Under the pieces are notes generated by a model. The model was not told where the DNA came from, did no database searches, and saw only the letters and a list, made by a program, of their open reading frames with translations. 64,000 nucleotides of DNA from Candidatus Limnocylindria bacterium (GTDB lineage Bacteria; Chloroflexota; Limnocylindria; QHBO01). Below are positions 20,096 through 29,886 of this stretch, in pieces (the stretch's first letter is position 1; every line of letters starts with the position of its first letter). The position numbers were made by a program, and so were the translations under genes. Location of the stretch: NCBI GenBank assembly GCA_038250515.1, contig JBBSCG010000005.1, positions 548 to 64,547 on the forward strand. Direction: 5' to 3'.

Positions 20096-21217
20096 TCAGC
20101 CCCCCGGGAGCCGCTGGATATCCTGGATGGAGATCAGGATCACCAGCGCGACGAGTACCAGGAAACCGGTCAGGTAGATGAGCGCTTCGCGCTCCGCGGG
20201 GAGGCGGCGGCGGCGGACAGCCTCGACCACCGTGACGGCGATGCGGCCGCCGTCCAGCGGAGGGAAGGGCAGGACGTTCAGCACGGCAAGGTTGACGGAC
20301 AACAGACCGACGAACACGAGCTGGTCGAACAGGGGTTGCTGCAGGACCTGGCCCGTCGCCTGCGCGATGCCGATGGGGCCGCGCGCATCGCCGGTGTTCG
20401 GCGCCAGCCCGATAAGGCCCGCGACGGTACGCGCTAGGCCGCCCGGAATCTGCCAGGCAATATCGGCGGTGACGCCAGCGCCAGAGGCCAACGCCTCGAA
20501 CGGCGAGCTGGCCGCCGGCGGTCCCATGACCACCTCGGGCCGCAAACCGAATCCGACGGCACCGACCCCAGCCTGGCGCTGCTCGGCCGTGAGCTCACGC
20601 GGCGTCACGATCACATCCAGCTGCTGCCCGGCTCGATCGACCTGCAGCGTGACCGGGTGGCCCGCCCGGGCACCGATATAGTCGACCAGGTCGTCCGAAC
20701 GGTCGAACTGCCGGTCGTCCGCAGAGAGGATCCGATCATCGACCCGGAGTTTCCCCTGCGCGGGACTGTCCTGCTGGATCTGGGTGACCGTCAGCGGCGG
20801 CACGCGGATCGGCTGCGCCACGCTGAAGGCGGCGGCGAAGAGCACGATCGCGAGCAGGAAGTTCATCAGCACCCCGGCAAGCAGCACGGCGAGCCGTACG
20901 ACGATCCGTTTGCGGTTGAAGGCGCCGACCATGGCGCGCTCGATGGCCGCGTCGGACAGGCCGCGCTCGCGCATCTTCTCGGCTTCGATCTCGCCGTCCT
21001 CGCCGAGCATCTTCACAAACCCGCCAAGCGGGATCCAGTTCACCGAATAGCGAGTGCCACGCCAGGTCGTCGAAGCGATCCGTGGCGGAAAGCCGATGCC
21101 GAACTCTTGCACCGTGATGCCCGCCAGCTTGGCCACCACGAAGTGGCCCAGCTCGTGGATCACCACCAGCACGACGAGCACGCCGATGAACGCGAGGATC
21201 GTACCCAGCACGTCCAT
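20096..21217 (-). CDS. rseP: RIP metalloprotease RseP (site-2 protease, M50)
   Basis: HELGHF zinc motif, a PDZ domain and the NxxPxxxxDGG motif (NVLPFPPLDGG). Confidence 0.9.
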   Translation of the reverse strand: MDVLGTILAFIGVLVVLVVIHELGHFVVAKLAGITVQEFGIGFPPRIASTTWRGTRYSVNWIPLGGFVKMLGEDGEIEAEKMRERGLSDAAIERAMVGAFNRKRIVVRLAVLLAGVLMNFLLAIVLFAAAFSVAQPIRVPPLTVTQIQQDSPAQGKLRVDDRILSADDRQFDRSDDLVDYIGARAGHPVTLQVDRAGQQLDVIVTPRELTAEQRQAGVGAVGFGLRPEVVMGPPAASSPFEALASGAGVTADIAWQIPGGLARTVAGLIGLAPNTGDARGPIGIAQATGQVLQQPLFDQLVFVGLLSVNLAVLNVLPFPPLDGGRIAVTVVEAVRRRRLPAEREALIYLTGFLVLVALVILISIQDIQRLPGG

Positions 21218-22362
21218 CAGGCCGTCGCGCTCAGCTGGAGCTCGGCAGCGAGCGTTGTGCGTACCTCGGCATCCAGTGCGGCGATCTCGTCGAGCTCCGG
21301 CTCAGCGTGGCTGCCCCATCGCTCGACCGCCTGATCGATCACGTTCGCGATGCGTGGAAACGCGATTCGATGCTCCAGGAACGCAGCGGTGGCAATCTCA
21401 TCGGCCGCATTCAGGATCGTGCCGCGGTTGCCACCGGCCGCCGCGGCCGCGCGGACGAGGTCATACGCCGGAAACGCGCCCGGCTCGAGCGGTGCGAACG
21501 CGAGCGCACCCCATTCCTCCGGCGAGGCGTGGCGTGCCGGCGAGGGAAGTCGCTCCGGGTAGCTCAGCGCGTACTGAATCGGGAGTCGCATGTCGGGCAG
21601 GCCGAGCTGGGCCTTGAACGAGCCATCGACGAACTCGACGAGCGAGTGGACGACGCTCTGGGGGTGAATCACGGCCGCAATCTTACTGTAGGGCACCCGG
21701 TAGAGCCATTTGGCCTCGATCGCCTCGAAGGCCTTGTTGATCAGCGTGGCTGAATCGATGCTGATCTTCGGGCCCATGCGCCAGGTCGGGTGCGCCAGCG
21801 CCTCCTCAGGGGTGACGTGCTGCAGATCGGTCGCCGGCCGTTCGCGGAATGGACCACCGCTGGCGGTCAGCACCAGCCGCGCGACGGCGTTGAGCCGCTC
21901 GCCGAGCAGGCACTGCCAGATCGCCGAATGCTCGCTGTCGATCGGCCGCAGCAGGTCGAGCGGATCGCCGCCGCGTGCGGCGAGCTGCCGTGCGACGAGG
22001 TGACCGCCGGTGACCAGCGTCTCCTTGTTGGCGAGACCCACGCGCCGACCGCTCTGCAGGGCGGCAAGCACCGCGGGCAGTGCGGCCATGCCGGTGGTGG
22101 CCACGATCACCAGCTCGACGCCGTCGGCCGTCGCGAGCTCGGTCAGGCCGCCATCCGCCCAGCGCTCTCTCGCCTCGAGAACTACTCCGTCCGCGGTCCA
22201 GATGCGCGCATCCGGCCAGTCACGAAGCTGCTCGGCGAAGGCAACATTCGCATGGCCCGCGGCGAGCCCACGCAGCGTGAAACGATCGGGATGTGCCGCC
22301 AGGACCTCGAGCGTCTGGCGGCCGATGGAGCCCGTCGAGCCGAGCAGCGCGACGCCGGTCAC
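21217..22362 (-). CDS. dxr: 1-deoxy-D-xylulose 5-phosphate reductoisomerase
   Basis: GSTGSIG NADPH-binding site and full-length DXR homology. Confidence 0.95.
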   Translation of the reverse strand: MTGVALLGSTGSIGRQTLEVLAAHPDRFTLRGLAAGHANVAFAEQLRDWPDARIWTADGVVLEARERWADGGLTELATADGVELVIVATTGMAALPAVLAALQSGRRVGLANKETLVTGGHLVARQLAARGGDPLDLLRPIDSEHSAIWQCLLGERLNAVARLVLTASGGPFRERPATDLQHVTPEEALAHPTWRMGPKISIDSATLINKAFEAIEAKWLYRVPYSKIAAVIHPQSVVHSLVEFVDGSFKAQLGLPDMRLPIQYALSYPERLPSPARHASPEEWGALAFAPLEPGAFPAYDLVRAAAAAGGNRGTILNAADEIATAAFLEHRIAFPRIANVIDQAVERWGSHAEPELDEIAALDAEVRTTLAAELQLSATA

Positions 22363-23258
22363 AGCCCGAATCCGGCGACCAGCAACGCCCAGCCGGCAAG
22401 CAGCGGCGCGGCGAACAGGAATGAGTCGATGCGGTCGAGAACGCCGCCGTGGCCCGGCACCAGGAAGCCGGATTCCTTGCGATCGGCCGCACGCTTGAGC
22501 ATCGACTCGGCCAGGTCACCAGCCTGCGCGCCAAGCCCGACCAGCGGTCCGATGACCAGCGGCTGCCAGGCGGGCAGCCCGATCAGCACCGCACCGATCC
22601 CGGCCGCCAGCGTGGCGACCAGCAGTCCGCCGGCCAGGCCCTCGACGGTCTTGGATGGGCTGATGTGATCGATCAGGTGCCGGCGACCGAGCCAGCGTCC
22701 GCTGAGGTACGCCCCGGTGTCATAGCCCCACACCACCAGCAGCAGCATCAGGCCCCAGGCCGCACCGGAGCGCAGGCCGAGCGCACCGATCGGCGTGGCA
22801 GCCGTACCGGTCGGGGGGCCGAGGTGCGCGACCAGCACGAAGAACGGCGCCAGGATGCCGACATAGGCGACCCCGAATGCCGTCACCGCCCAGGTCACAA
22901 AGCCGCTGCGTGGATCGGCTCGCGTGAAGCCGACGGCGCCGAGCAGGATCAGCGTCGCGGCAAAGACGATGGCCACCAGGCCTGGCGGTTGGGTGATCCG
23001 CAACAGGTCGCTGAGCAGACCGCCGACCTGCGCCTGGTTGGCAGCGATCAGGCCGGCGACCGTCGTGACGAGGCCGGCCAGCAGGCCAAGCACCTGGGGC
23101 GGCTCAAAGCCGCCGGCGTCGAGCAGAGCGATCAGCTCGACGAGCGCCAGGAAGGCGACGAGCGCGGTCATCAACGACAGCCACGGCTCGCCCAGGATGA
23201 TGACCACCACGACGATCGGGCCGAGGATGGCGGCGCTCAGCAGCCGCGTGCGCAACAT
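22359..23258 (-). CDS. cdsA: Phosphatidate cytidylyltransferase
   Basis: CTP_transf_1 family with multiple TM helices and the C-terminal signature SMLKRAADRKESGFLVPGHGGVLDRIDS. Confidence 0.9.
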   Translation of the reverse strand: MLRTRLLSAAILGPIVVVVIILGEPWLSLMTALVAFLALVELIALLDAGGFEPPQVLGLLAGLVTTVAGLIAANQAQVGGLLSDLLRITQPPGLVAIVFAATLILLGAVGFTRADPRSGFVTWAVTAFGVAYVGILAPFFVLVAHLGPPTGTAATPIGALGLRSGAAWGLMLLLVVWGYDTGAYLSGRWLGRRHLIDHISPSKTVEGLAGGLLVATLAAGIGAVLIGLPAWQPLVIGPLVGLGAQAGDLAESMLKRAADRKESGFLVPGHGGVLDRIDSFLFAAPLLAGWALLVAGFGL

Positions 23259-23261
23259 CGC

Positions 23262-23915
23262 TCAGGCGCCGTAGCGGCGCTGGCGGCGCGTGAACTCGGC
23301 CAGGGCCGCATCGAGCTCGCTCGTCGTGAAATCCGGCCACAGCGTCGGGCAGAAGACGAGCTCGGCGTAGGCGCCTTGCCACAGCAGGAAGTTGCTCGTG
23401 CGCTGCTCGCCGCCGGTGCGAATGATGAGATCCGGATCGGGCTGGCCGTCGGTGTAGAGCTGCTCCTCGAAGCGCTCCTCGTCCACCTCGGAGGCCGGCA
23501 CGCCCGCGACGATGAGCGCGCGCGCCGCGTCGATGATCTCCTTGCGACCGGAATAGTTGAACGCGATATTCAGCTGCATCCGGGGGCCGCCGCTGGTGCG
23601 TTGCTCTGCCATGCGGATCGAGCGCTGCACGTCGGTCGGAGCTTCGTGCAACCGGCCGATGACGCGGACCCGTACACCCTGCTCGATCAGCTCGTCGGTG
23701 TTCTGCCGCACGGCGCCGTCGATCAAGCCGAAGAGGCCCCTCACCTCCTCGTCGGAGCGGCGCCAGTTCTCCTGGCTGAAGACGTAGAGTGAAAGGACCT
23801 CGATTCCGCGATCCGGTGCCAGGCGCACGATCGGCTTGATCGCCTCGACACCCTGCACGTGCCCGGCGATGCTGGGCAGGCCATGTGACGCCGCCCAGCG
23901 ACGGTTGCCGTCCAT
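23262..23915 (-). CDS. uppS: Isoprenyl transferase / undecaprenyl diphosphate synthase (N-terminus uncertain)
   Basis: Starts MDGNRRWA. The conserved upstream residues (LPLREHPRHVAII) are in frame but contain no ATG/GTG/TTG before a TGA. Full-length UPPS otherwise. Confidence 0.8.
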   Translation of the reverse strand: MDGNRRWAASHGLPSIAGHVQGVEAIKPIVRLAPDRGIEVLSLYVFSQENWRRSDEEVRGLFGLIDGAVRQNTDELIEQGVRVRVIGRLHEAPTDVQRSIRMAEQRTSGGPRMQLNIAFNYSGRKEIIDAARALIVAGVPASEVDEERFEEQLYTDGQPDPDLIIRTGGEQRTSNFLLWQGAYAELVFCPTLWPDFTTSELDAALAEFTRRQRRYGA

Positions 23916-23958
23916 GATGATCGCGACGTGTCGCGGGTGCTCACGGAGCGGCAGCTCG

Positions 23959-24516
23959 TCAGACCTCCATCACGTCAGCTTCCTTCCGCTCACCGCGCGA
24001 ATCGATCGCATCGGTATAGCGGTCGGTGAGCTTCTGCAGACCTTCGAGCTCGCGCCGTTCCTCATCCTCGGAAAGGTCGCCGTCGCGGAGTGCCTTCTTA
24101 AGCTGGTCCGCGGCTTCGCGCCGCAGGTTGCGGATTTCGACGCGCGCCTCTTCCATGCGACGGCGCACCTGCTTGACCATCTCCCGGCGCCGATCCTCGG
24201 TGAGCGGTGGCACATTCAGCCGGACCACCGTGCCGTCGACGTTCGGCGTGAGGCCGATATCGCTCTTGGTGATCGCCTTCTCGATCGCCGACAGGACCGA
24301 TCGGTCCCATGGCTGGATCACGATCAGGTGCGCGTCGGGGGTCGAGATGCCCGCGATCTGGTTGAGCGGCGTGGGATTGCCGTAGTAGTCGACGGTGAGA
24401 CGCTCGACGAGCGCGGTCGATGCTCGGCCGGTGCGAATGCCGGCGAAGTCACGCTCCATCGCGTCCACCGCACGCTGCATCCTGGGGTCGATGGCAACGA
24501 GCGCCTCGTGCGTCAT
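23959..24516 (-). CDS. frr: Ribosome recycling factor
   Basis: 185 aa RRF. Confidence 0.95.
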   Translation of the reverse strand: MTHEALVAIDPRMQRAVDAMERDFAGIRTGRASTALVERLTVDYYGNPTPLNQIAGISTPDAHLIVIQPWDRSVLSAIEKAITKSDIGLTPNVDGTVVRLNVPPLTEDRRREMVKQVRRRMEEARVEIRNLRREAADQLKKALRDGDLSEDEERRELEGLQKLTDRYTDAIDSRGERKEADVMEV

Positions 24517-25259
24517 GCAGTCACCTCTCCGCCGATCAGCGTACCGATCGACTCACCGCGAACGGCACGAACGATGTTTCCCGGCTGCGTCATGTCGAAC
24601 ACCACGATCGGCATCTCGTTATCCATGGCCAAACTGACGGCCGTGGCATCCAGCGCCTCGAGACGGTTCGCGAGCAGCTCGGTGTAGCCGATGCGAGCGT
24701 ACCGCCGTGCGTTCGGCTCTTTTTCCGGGTCGGCATCGTACACCCCGTCGACACGCGTCGCCTTGAGGATGACCTCCGCGCCGATCTCAACAGCGCGCAG
24801 CGTAGCGGCCGTATCGGTCGTGAAGTAGGGATTGCCCGTTCCAGCGACCATGACCACCACGCGACCCTTCTCGAGATGTCGCATCGCCCGGCGACGGATG
24901 TACGGCTCGCAGATCTCGTTCATGGCGATGGCGCTCATCACCCGCGTCGGGCAGTCAAGCTGCTCGAGCGCGTCCTGGATCGCCAGGCCGTTCATCACCG
25001 TGGCAAGCATGCCCATGTAGTCGGCGATGGCGCGGTCCATGCCGTGCGCCGCGGCCGCCAGGCCGCGAAAGATATTGCCGCCACCGACCACGATGGCAAC
25101 CTCGACGCCCGTCTGCTTCGCCTCGGCGACCTGCATCGCGATGCCGCGGGCCACGTCCGGGTCGATGCCGTACTGCCCTGATCCCACCAATGCCTCGCCG
25201 GAGAGCTTCAGCAGCACCCGGCGGTAGGCGGGAGTGGGATGGGCCAGGGCATCGGTCAC
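24513..25259 (-). CDS. pyrH: UMP kinase
   Basis: Amino-acid-kinase fold ([21 protein letters not shown]). Confidence 0.95.
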   Translation of the reverse strand: MTDALAHPTPAYRRVLLKLSGEALVGSGQYGIDPDVARGIAMQVAEAKQTGVEVAIVVGGGNIFRGLAAAAHGMDRAIADYMGMLATVMNGLAIQDALEQLDCPTRVMSAIAMNEICEPYIRRRAMRHLEKGRVVVMVAGTGNPYFTTDTAATLRAVEIGAEVILKATRVDGVYDADPEKEPNARRYARIGYTELLANRLEALDATAVSLAMDNEMPIVVFDMTQPGNIVRAVRGESIGTLIGGEVTA

Positions 25260-25895
25260 CTAGGCAGCCTCGTCGTCCTCGACCGCCTGGGCGGCGGACT
25301 CGCCGACCGCCATGCGGACGAAGCGAGCCACGCGGATGTTCTCTCCGAGCAGGGCCACCTTTTCGGAGATGAGGTCGGAGATCTTCTTGTCCGAGTCGCG
25401 GTAGGGCTGGTCGAGCAGACAGACTGACTCGAGCCACTTATTGAGCTTGCCCTCCACGATCATCGGCAGGCGATCTGCCGGGCGGCCATCGGTGCGGGCG
25501 TCGGTTGCGAATGCCTGCCTGTGCTCCTCGAGCACTTCGGCCGGCACCTCGTCGCGCGAGACGTAGAGCGGCGCGAGGCCGGCCACCTGCATCGCAAGCT
25601 CACGCGCCAACTGCTGGAAGTCGTCGGTGCGCGCCACGAAATCCGTCTCACAGTTGAGCTCGAGCAGGACGCCGAGCCGCGATCCGTGGTGGATGTAGCT
25701 CGTCACGATCCCCTCTCGGGCAGCACGTCCCGCCTTCTTGGCGGCTGTGGCGAGGCCCTTCTCGCGCAGCCACACCAGCGCCTGCTCGGGGTCTCCCTGC
25801 GACTCCTCGAGCGCACGCTTACAATCCATGATGCCGGCGCCCGTCTGCTCACGCAGCCGCTTGACGTCCTCCGGCTTGACGATGGTCTGAGTCAT
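25260..25895 (-). CDS. tsf: Elongation factor Ts
   Basis: UBA-like N-terminus (VKRLREQTGAGIMDCKRAL) and EF-Ts dimerisation domain. Confidence 0.95.
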   Translation of the reverse strand: MTQTIVKPEDVKRLREQTGAGIMDCKRALEESQGDPEQALVWLREKGLATAAKKAGRAAREGIVTSYIHHGSRLGVLLELNCETDFVARTDDFQQLARELAMQVAGLAPLYVSRDEVPAEVLEEHRQAFATDARTDGRPADRLPMIVEGKLNKWLESVCLLDQPYRDSDKKISDLISEKVALLGENIRVARFVRMAVGESAAQAVEDDEAA

Positions 25896-25939
25896 GTTCC
25901 TTCCTGTCGCTTACCCGATCCACCTCGTCGGTGCCGCTG

Positions 25940-26845
25940 TCAGGCGGTCTGCTCCTTGTCCTCTGTTTCCTCTTCGCCGTCGGCCACGCGACGAGCGCGC
26001 GCGCGCCGCTCCTCGTCCTCGTCGTCCTCCGGCTCGGGCTCGAAAATGAGTGCCTCGCCGGATGCCAGCGCCGCGCTGTAATCGGCCTCCGCGCCGAGCG
26101 CCGCCTCGTCAACCGGCGGCAACGCCTCGGCCTGCTCGAACTCATCGTCGAGCTGCGACTGGCGCTCCTGCTGTGCCTCGAGCACGGCATCGGCGACCAA
26201 ACCGCACATCAGCTTGACCGATCGGATCGCGTCGTCATTGCCGGGGATCACCCAATCGATGACCTCCGGATCACAGTTCGTATCGGTGATGGCGATGATT
26301 GAAATCTCGAGACGACGTGCCTCGGCGATGGCGATCGACTCGCGATGGGGATCGACCACGAACAGCGCACCGGGCACGCGGCGCATGCGCCGAATGCCAC
26401 CGAGCACGTGGTTGAGCTTCTCGATCTCCTCGGTGAGCTTGCTGGCTTCCTTCTTCGTGAGCCGTTCGAACTCGCCCGCGTCGCGTCGCGCCTCGAGCGC
26501 GTCAAGCCGCTGCACGCGCCGCTTGATGGTCGTGAAGTTGGTCAACATGCCGCCCAACCAGCGGTTGTTGACATAGTGCTGTCCGCTGCGCTCCGCCTCG
26601 GACTTCAGCGACTCCTGTGCCTGCTTCTTGGTGCCGACGAACAGGATGCTGTCGCCGTGGCGAATCGTCTCGCGCACGAACTCGAGCGCGGCGTCCAGGC
26701 GGGTGACCGTCTGAGCCAGATCAATGATGTGAATTCCGTTGCGCTCGCCGAAGATATAGTCGCGCATCTTCGGGTTCCAGCGGCGGGTCTGGTGTCCAAA
26801 ATGGACGCCCGCCTCGAGCAGCTGCTTCATCGTGGCTGCAGCCAT
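25940..26845 (-). CDS. rpsB: 30S ribosomal protein S2 with an acidic C-terminal tail
   Basis: [22 protein letters not shown]. Start ATG 26845 with a GGAGGAA SD. The long 5' UTR is consistent with an S2 autoregulatory leader. Confidence 0.95.
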   Translation of the reverse strand: MAAATMKQLLEAGVHFGHQTRRWNPKMRDYIFGERNGIHIIDLAQTVTRLDAALEFVRETIRHGDSILFVGTKKQAQESLKSEAERSGQHYVNNRWLGGMLTNFTTIKRRVQRLDALEARRDAGEFERLTKKEASKLTEEIEKLNHVLGGIRRMRRVPGALFVVDPHRESIAIAEARRLEISIIAITDTNCDPEVIDWVIPGNDDAIRSVKLMCGLVADAVLEAQQERQSQLDDEFEQAEALPPVDEAALGAEADYSAALASGEALIFEPEPEDDEDEERRARARRVADGEEETEDKEQTA

Positions 26846-27006
26846 GACTGATGGTTCCTCCGGTTCGTTCCTCCGCCCGCCGTTCGCTCCCGATGGTCGA
26901 CCCTGCCTCGTCGTGCAGGGCACCGATGACCACGGAATGAGCGGGCGTGTGTGATGGGTGATCCGGCCGCGTAGTTAAGACGCCGGTGCGCATCGGGCCG
27001 ACGGAA

Positions 27007-27015
27007 AGTATAGCA
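27007..27015 (-). promoter_or_regulatory. Extended -10 promoter element TGcTATACT for rpsB-tsf-pyrH-frr
   Basis: rc of aagtatagca, about 160 nt upstream of the rpsB ATG. Confidence 0.45.
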
Positions 27016-27132
27016 CGCGCGGCTCGCCGGAATGCTCGAGGGGCCAGGGCCGGACCCGACCAGTACCGAAGTATTCCGGGGTTGCACCGCTCGTACCTTG
27101 ACCACTCCGGAGGCTCCCATAGCATCGGAGAC

Positions 27133-28236
27133 ATGCAAAGCCGACTCAGAGCGCTCCTGGCAGCCGCTGCACTGGCCGGGGTGCTGGCCATCGGGCCGGC
27201 CCTCAACCGACAGGCCGCGGCCAGCGACACGGTCGTCGTCCGCAACGGCGACACGCTGAGCGGCATCGCCGCGCGAAATGGCGTGACCGTCGAGCAGCTG
27301 GTGACCCTCAACCGCATCGCCAACCCGAATCGCATCTACTCCGGACAGATGCTGCGCCTCAAGCCCGCCCACCGAGCCTCCAGGGCGAGCCAGCCCAAGT
27401 TGGCGACAGCCACTCCCCGCACGCACCGCGTGCGGGGAGGTGAGCACCTCACCGGCATCGCGCGACAATACGGCACGACCATCAGCGCCATCGTCGCCGC
27501 CAACCGGCTGACCGACCCCGGTCGCATCTTTGCCGGTCAGCGGCTCGTCATCCCCGGAGGCGCGCCGCCGGCTGCCACGAAGACTGCGGCCAGACCCGCC
27601 ACGAAGGCCGCGGTCCGCAGCCACCGAGTCAGGTCGGGCGAGACGCTGACGAGCATCGCACGTCGGTATGACACCACCATTGGAGCGATCGTCCGGGCCA
27701 ACGGTATTCGCAACCCGTCCTTCGTCCGGATCGGGACGGCGCTGCGCATCCCAAGCCCGTCCGGCCCGAGCATCACCGCGCCGACCAGGACGAAAACGAG
27801 CGCGCGGCCGATTCCGCCGTCGATGGCCGCCCTCGTCGCGAAGCGCGCCGGGGTCCGACGAATCATCACCGAGGAGGCGAAGCGCTTCGGCGTTCCTCAG
27901 GCGTTCGCACTGGCCGTCGCCTGGCAGGAGTCGGGCTGGCAGCAGGGCGTGACGAGCTATGCGGGGGCCGTCGGGGTGATGCAGCTGATGCCGGCGACCG
28001 GCGAATGGGTCGGACCGGCGATGCTCGGCCATCGTGTGAACCCGCGCGATACGCGGCAGAACGTGCACGCCGGCGTCCGGCTGCTGAAGCATTACCTCGA
28101 TCGATACCACGGCGACCGGGCTCGGGTGCTCGCGGCCTACTACCAGGGGCAGACAGCCGTCGACCGATACGGCATCTACCCGGGATCGCGTCCGTACATC
28201 GCGTCGATCCTGTATATCGAGAAGCTCTTCGACTGA
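27133..28236 (+). CDS. Secreted lytic transglycosylase with three LysM repeats (LysM x3 + SLT domain)
   Basis: Signal peptide MQSRLRALLAAAALAGVLA, three copies of the (V/H)RV..G(D/E)TL..IA LysM motif, and a C-terminal SLT catalytic region (AWQESGW...YYQG). Confidence 0.85.
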   Translation: MQSRLRALLAAAALAGVLAIGPALNRQAAASDTVVVRNGDTLSGIAARNGVTVEQLVTLNRIANPNRIYSGQMLRLKPAHRASRASQPKLATATPRTHRVRGGEHLTGIARQYGTTISAIVAANRLTDPGRIFAGQRLVIPGGAPPAATKTAARPATKAAVRSHRVRSGETLTSIARRYDTTIGAIVRANGIRNPSFVRIGTALRIPSPSGPSITAPTRTKTSARPIPPSMAALVAKRAGVRRIITEEAKRFGVPQAFALAVAWQESGWQQGVTSYAGAVGVMQLMPATGEWVGPAMLGHRVNPRDTRQNVHAGVRLLKHYLDRYHGDRARVLAAYYQGQTAVDRYGIYPGSRPYIASILYIEKLFD

Positions 28237-28237
28237 T

Positions 28238-28606
28238 TTACCAGACATCGATCGCCGGATGGCGTGCCAAGCGCCAGTCGCCGGTCGGCTCCGGCACGAC
28301 CGTGACCAGATCGGCGCGAAGGCCAGAGTGGCGGATGTCGGCCTCCGAGGCGTAGCGCGCCAGCGCGGCGCGTAAGCGACTCACGCGGCGCTGGTCGACG
28401 CTCTCGAGCGGGCTGCCCGTACGCGATGTGCGGCGCGCGCGAACCTCGACTCCTACCAGCACGCCGCCGGGATCAAGGCAAACGAGGTCGAGCTCGCCTT
28501 CTGGCACGCGCCATCGTCGAGCAAGGATCCGCCAGCCTTCATGCTCCAGCCAGACGGCAACGGCCGCCTCGGCTCGCTCACCAAGTTCGTGGCGCGGGTT
28601 GGGCAT
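28238..28606 (-). CDS. yraN: YraN family (UPF0102) endonuclease
   Basis: GERAEAAVAVWLEHEGWRILARRWR...ELDLV...VEVRAR signature of the UPF0102 family. Confidence 0.8.
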   Translation of the reverse strand: MPNPRHELGERAEAAVAVWLEHEGWRILARRWRVPEGELDLVCLDPGGVLVGVEVRARRTSRTGSPLESVDQRRVSRLRAALARYASEADIRHSGLRADLVTVVPEPTGDWRLARHPAIDVW

Positions 28607-28653
28607 CGGTTTCGCGTTGGCTCCTTCGCGGGAGGCGAGCAGCCGGTGCACGC

Positions 28654-29334
28654 TCAGTCGAGCAGGTCGATCTCGTCGTCGAGCAATGGATCATCGAGCA
28701 ATGGATCATCGAGCATCAGCTCCAGGGAGAGCTGCTCTCCGGCGAGCATCCAGCGGATGGGCGCAAAGCTCCGCCGATGCCAGGCGCACGGCCCCTCGCT
28801 CATCAGCGCGTCGTAATGGAAGCGCGTGCCGTAGCCCTTGTTCCGGGTGAAGCCATAGATCGGATAGCGCTGGTCCAGCTCGTCGCAGATGCGGTCCCGG
28901 GTCACCTTGGCCACAATCGAGGCGGCGGCGATGGAGGCGGAGATCGCATCGCCGTCGATGATTGCCCGCTGCGGCAGGTCGACCTCGCGCAACGTCAGCG
29001 CGTCGATGACGAGGTGGTCCGGCGGCGCGGCCAGCCGTCCCAGTGCCTGCTGCATGGCGAGCTTGGTCGCCTGGAGAATGTTGATGGCATCGATGACGTC
29101 GACCTCGACGCAGCCGACGCCGACGCCCTCGGCCCGGTCCAGGATCAGCTCGTAGAGTGCCTCACGTCGTGCGCGCGGAACGACCTTCGAGTCGCGAAGG
29201 CCCTTGATCCGATGCCGCTCGGGAAGGATCACCGCTGCGGCCACCACGGGCCCTGCCAGCGAGCCGCGGCCGACCTCGTCGAGTCCGGCGATACGCTGGA
29301 AGCCGCTGAGCCGCAAGTCGCGCTCATGGCGCAT
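28654..29334 (-). CDS. rnhB: Ribonuclease HII with an acidic repeat C-terminal tail
   Basis: AGLDEVGRGSLAGPVV catalytic DEDD motif region. Start at ATG 29334. C-terminus reads DDPLLDDPLLDDEIDLLD. Confidence 0.9.
   Translation of the reverse strand: MRHERDLRLSGFQRIAGLDEVGRGSLAGPVVAAAVILPERHRIKGLRDSKVVPRARREALYELILDRAEGVGVGCVEVDVIDAINILQATKLAMQQALGRLAAPPDHLVIDALTLREVDLPQRAIIDGDAISASIAAASIVAKVTRDRICDELDQRYPIYGFTRNKGYGTRFHYDALMSEGPCAWHRRSFAPIRWMLAGEQLSLELMLDDPLLDDPLLDDEIDLLD
28681..28710. repeat. Perfect 15-bp tandem duplication (gagcaatggatcatc x2) in frame inside the rnhB 3' end
   Basis: Direct repeat seen at 28681-28695 and 28696-28710. Encodes the duplicated DDPLL pentapeptide. Confidence 0.8.
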
Positions 29335-29413
29335 GTGCGCGTCATGCGGGGGCCCGTGCTTACTGCGCGCGGCGCACCGCGCGCGAACCGATCCCGAGAG
29401 ATCGGTCACCGAA

Positions 29414-29764
29414 TCAGCGGCCTGCGCGGCGCTCGCGGAGCGTGGCGGACTTGCCGACGCGGTTGCGGAGGAAGAAAAGCTGTGCTCGACGGGCAACACC
29501 GTGACGGACGACCTCGATCTTGTCGACGCGCGGTGCATGCACCATGAAGGTGCGCTCCACTCCCACGCCGCTGGCGATACGGCGCACGGTGATCGCCCGG
29601 TTGAGCCCGCCGTTGCGCATGCGCATGACGGTGCCCTCGAAAACCTGGATTCGCTCCCGGGTACCCTCGACCACCTTGACCGAGACGCGCACCGTGTCGC
29701 CGGGGGCGATCTCGGGCACGTCGGTCCGGAGCTGCTCGCGCTCGAGCTCCTCGATGACGTTCAT
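29414..29764 (-). CDS. rplS: 50S ribosomal protein L19
   Basis: 116 aa L19. Confidence 0.95.
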   Translation of the reverse strand: MNVIEELEREQLRTDVPEIAPGDTVRVSVKVVEGTRERIQVFEGTVMRMRNGGLNRAITVRRIASGVGVERTFMVHAPRVDKIEVVRHGVARRAQLFFLRNRVGKSATLRERRAGR

Positions 29765-29847
29765 CGTACGGAAACCTCATTACTGCGGCAGTACCCGCGG
29801 CTTATCAACTAACATGGCGCAACCGGCGAACGGTCGCGGCGGTGCCG

Positions 29848-29856
29848 AGTATAGCA
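29848..29856 (-). promoter_or_regulatory. Extended -10 promoter element TGcTATACT upstream of rplS
   Basis: rc of gagtatagca in the trmD-rplS intergenic region. Confidence 0.4.
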
Positions 29857-29886
29857 ACGCGTCGTCGGGCGCGGCAAACAGCCGGA

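Noticed and set aside
26846-27132. ydaO/c-di-AMP riboswitch upstream of the LysM/SLT cell-wall hydrolase gene
   Set aside because: Such riboswitches often precede rpf/LysM hydrolases. But the available plus-strand leader is under 120 nt once the divergent rpsB promoter is accounted for, and the conserved ydaO pseudo-symmetric GGGGACCC-type cores are not convincingly present.
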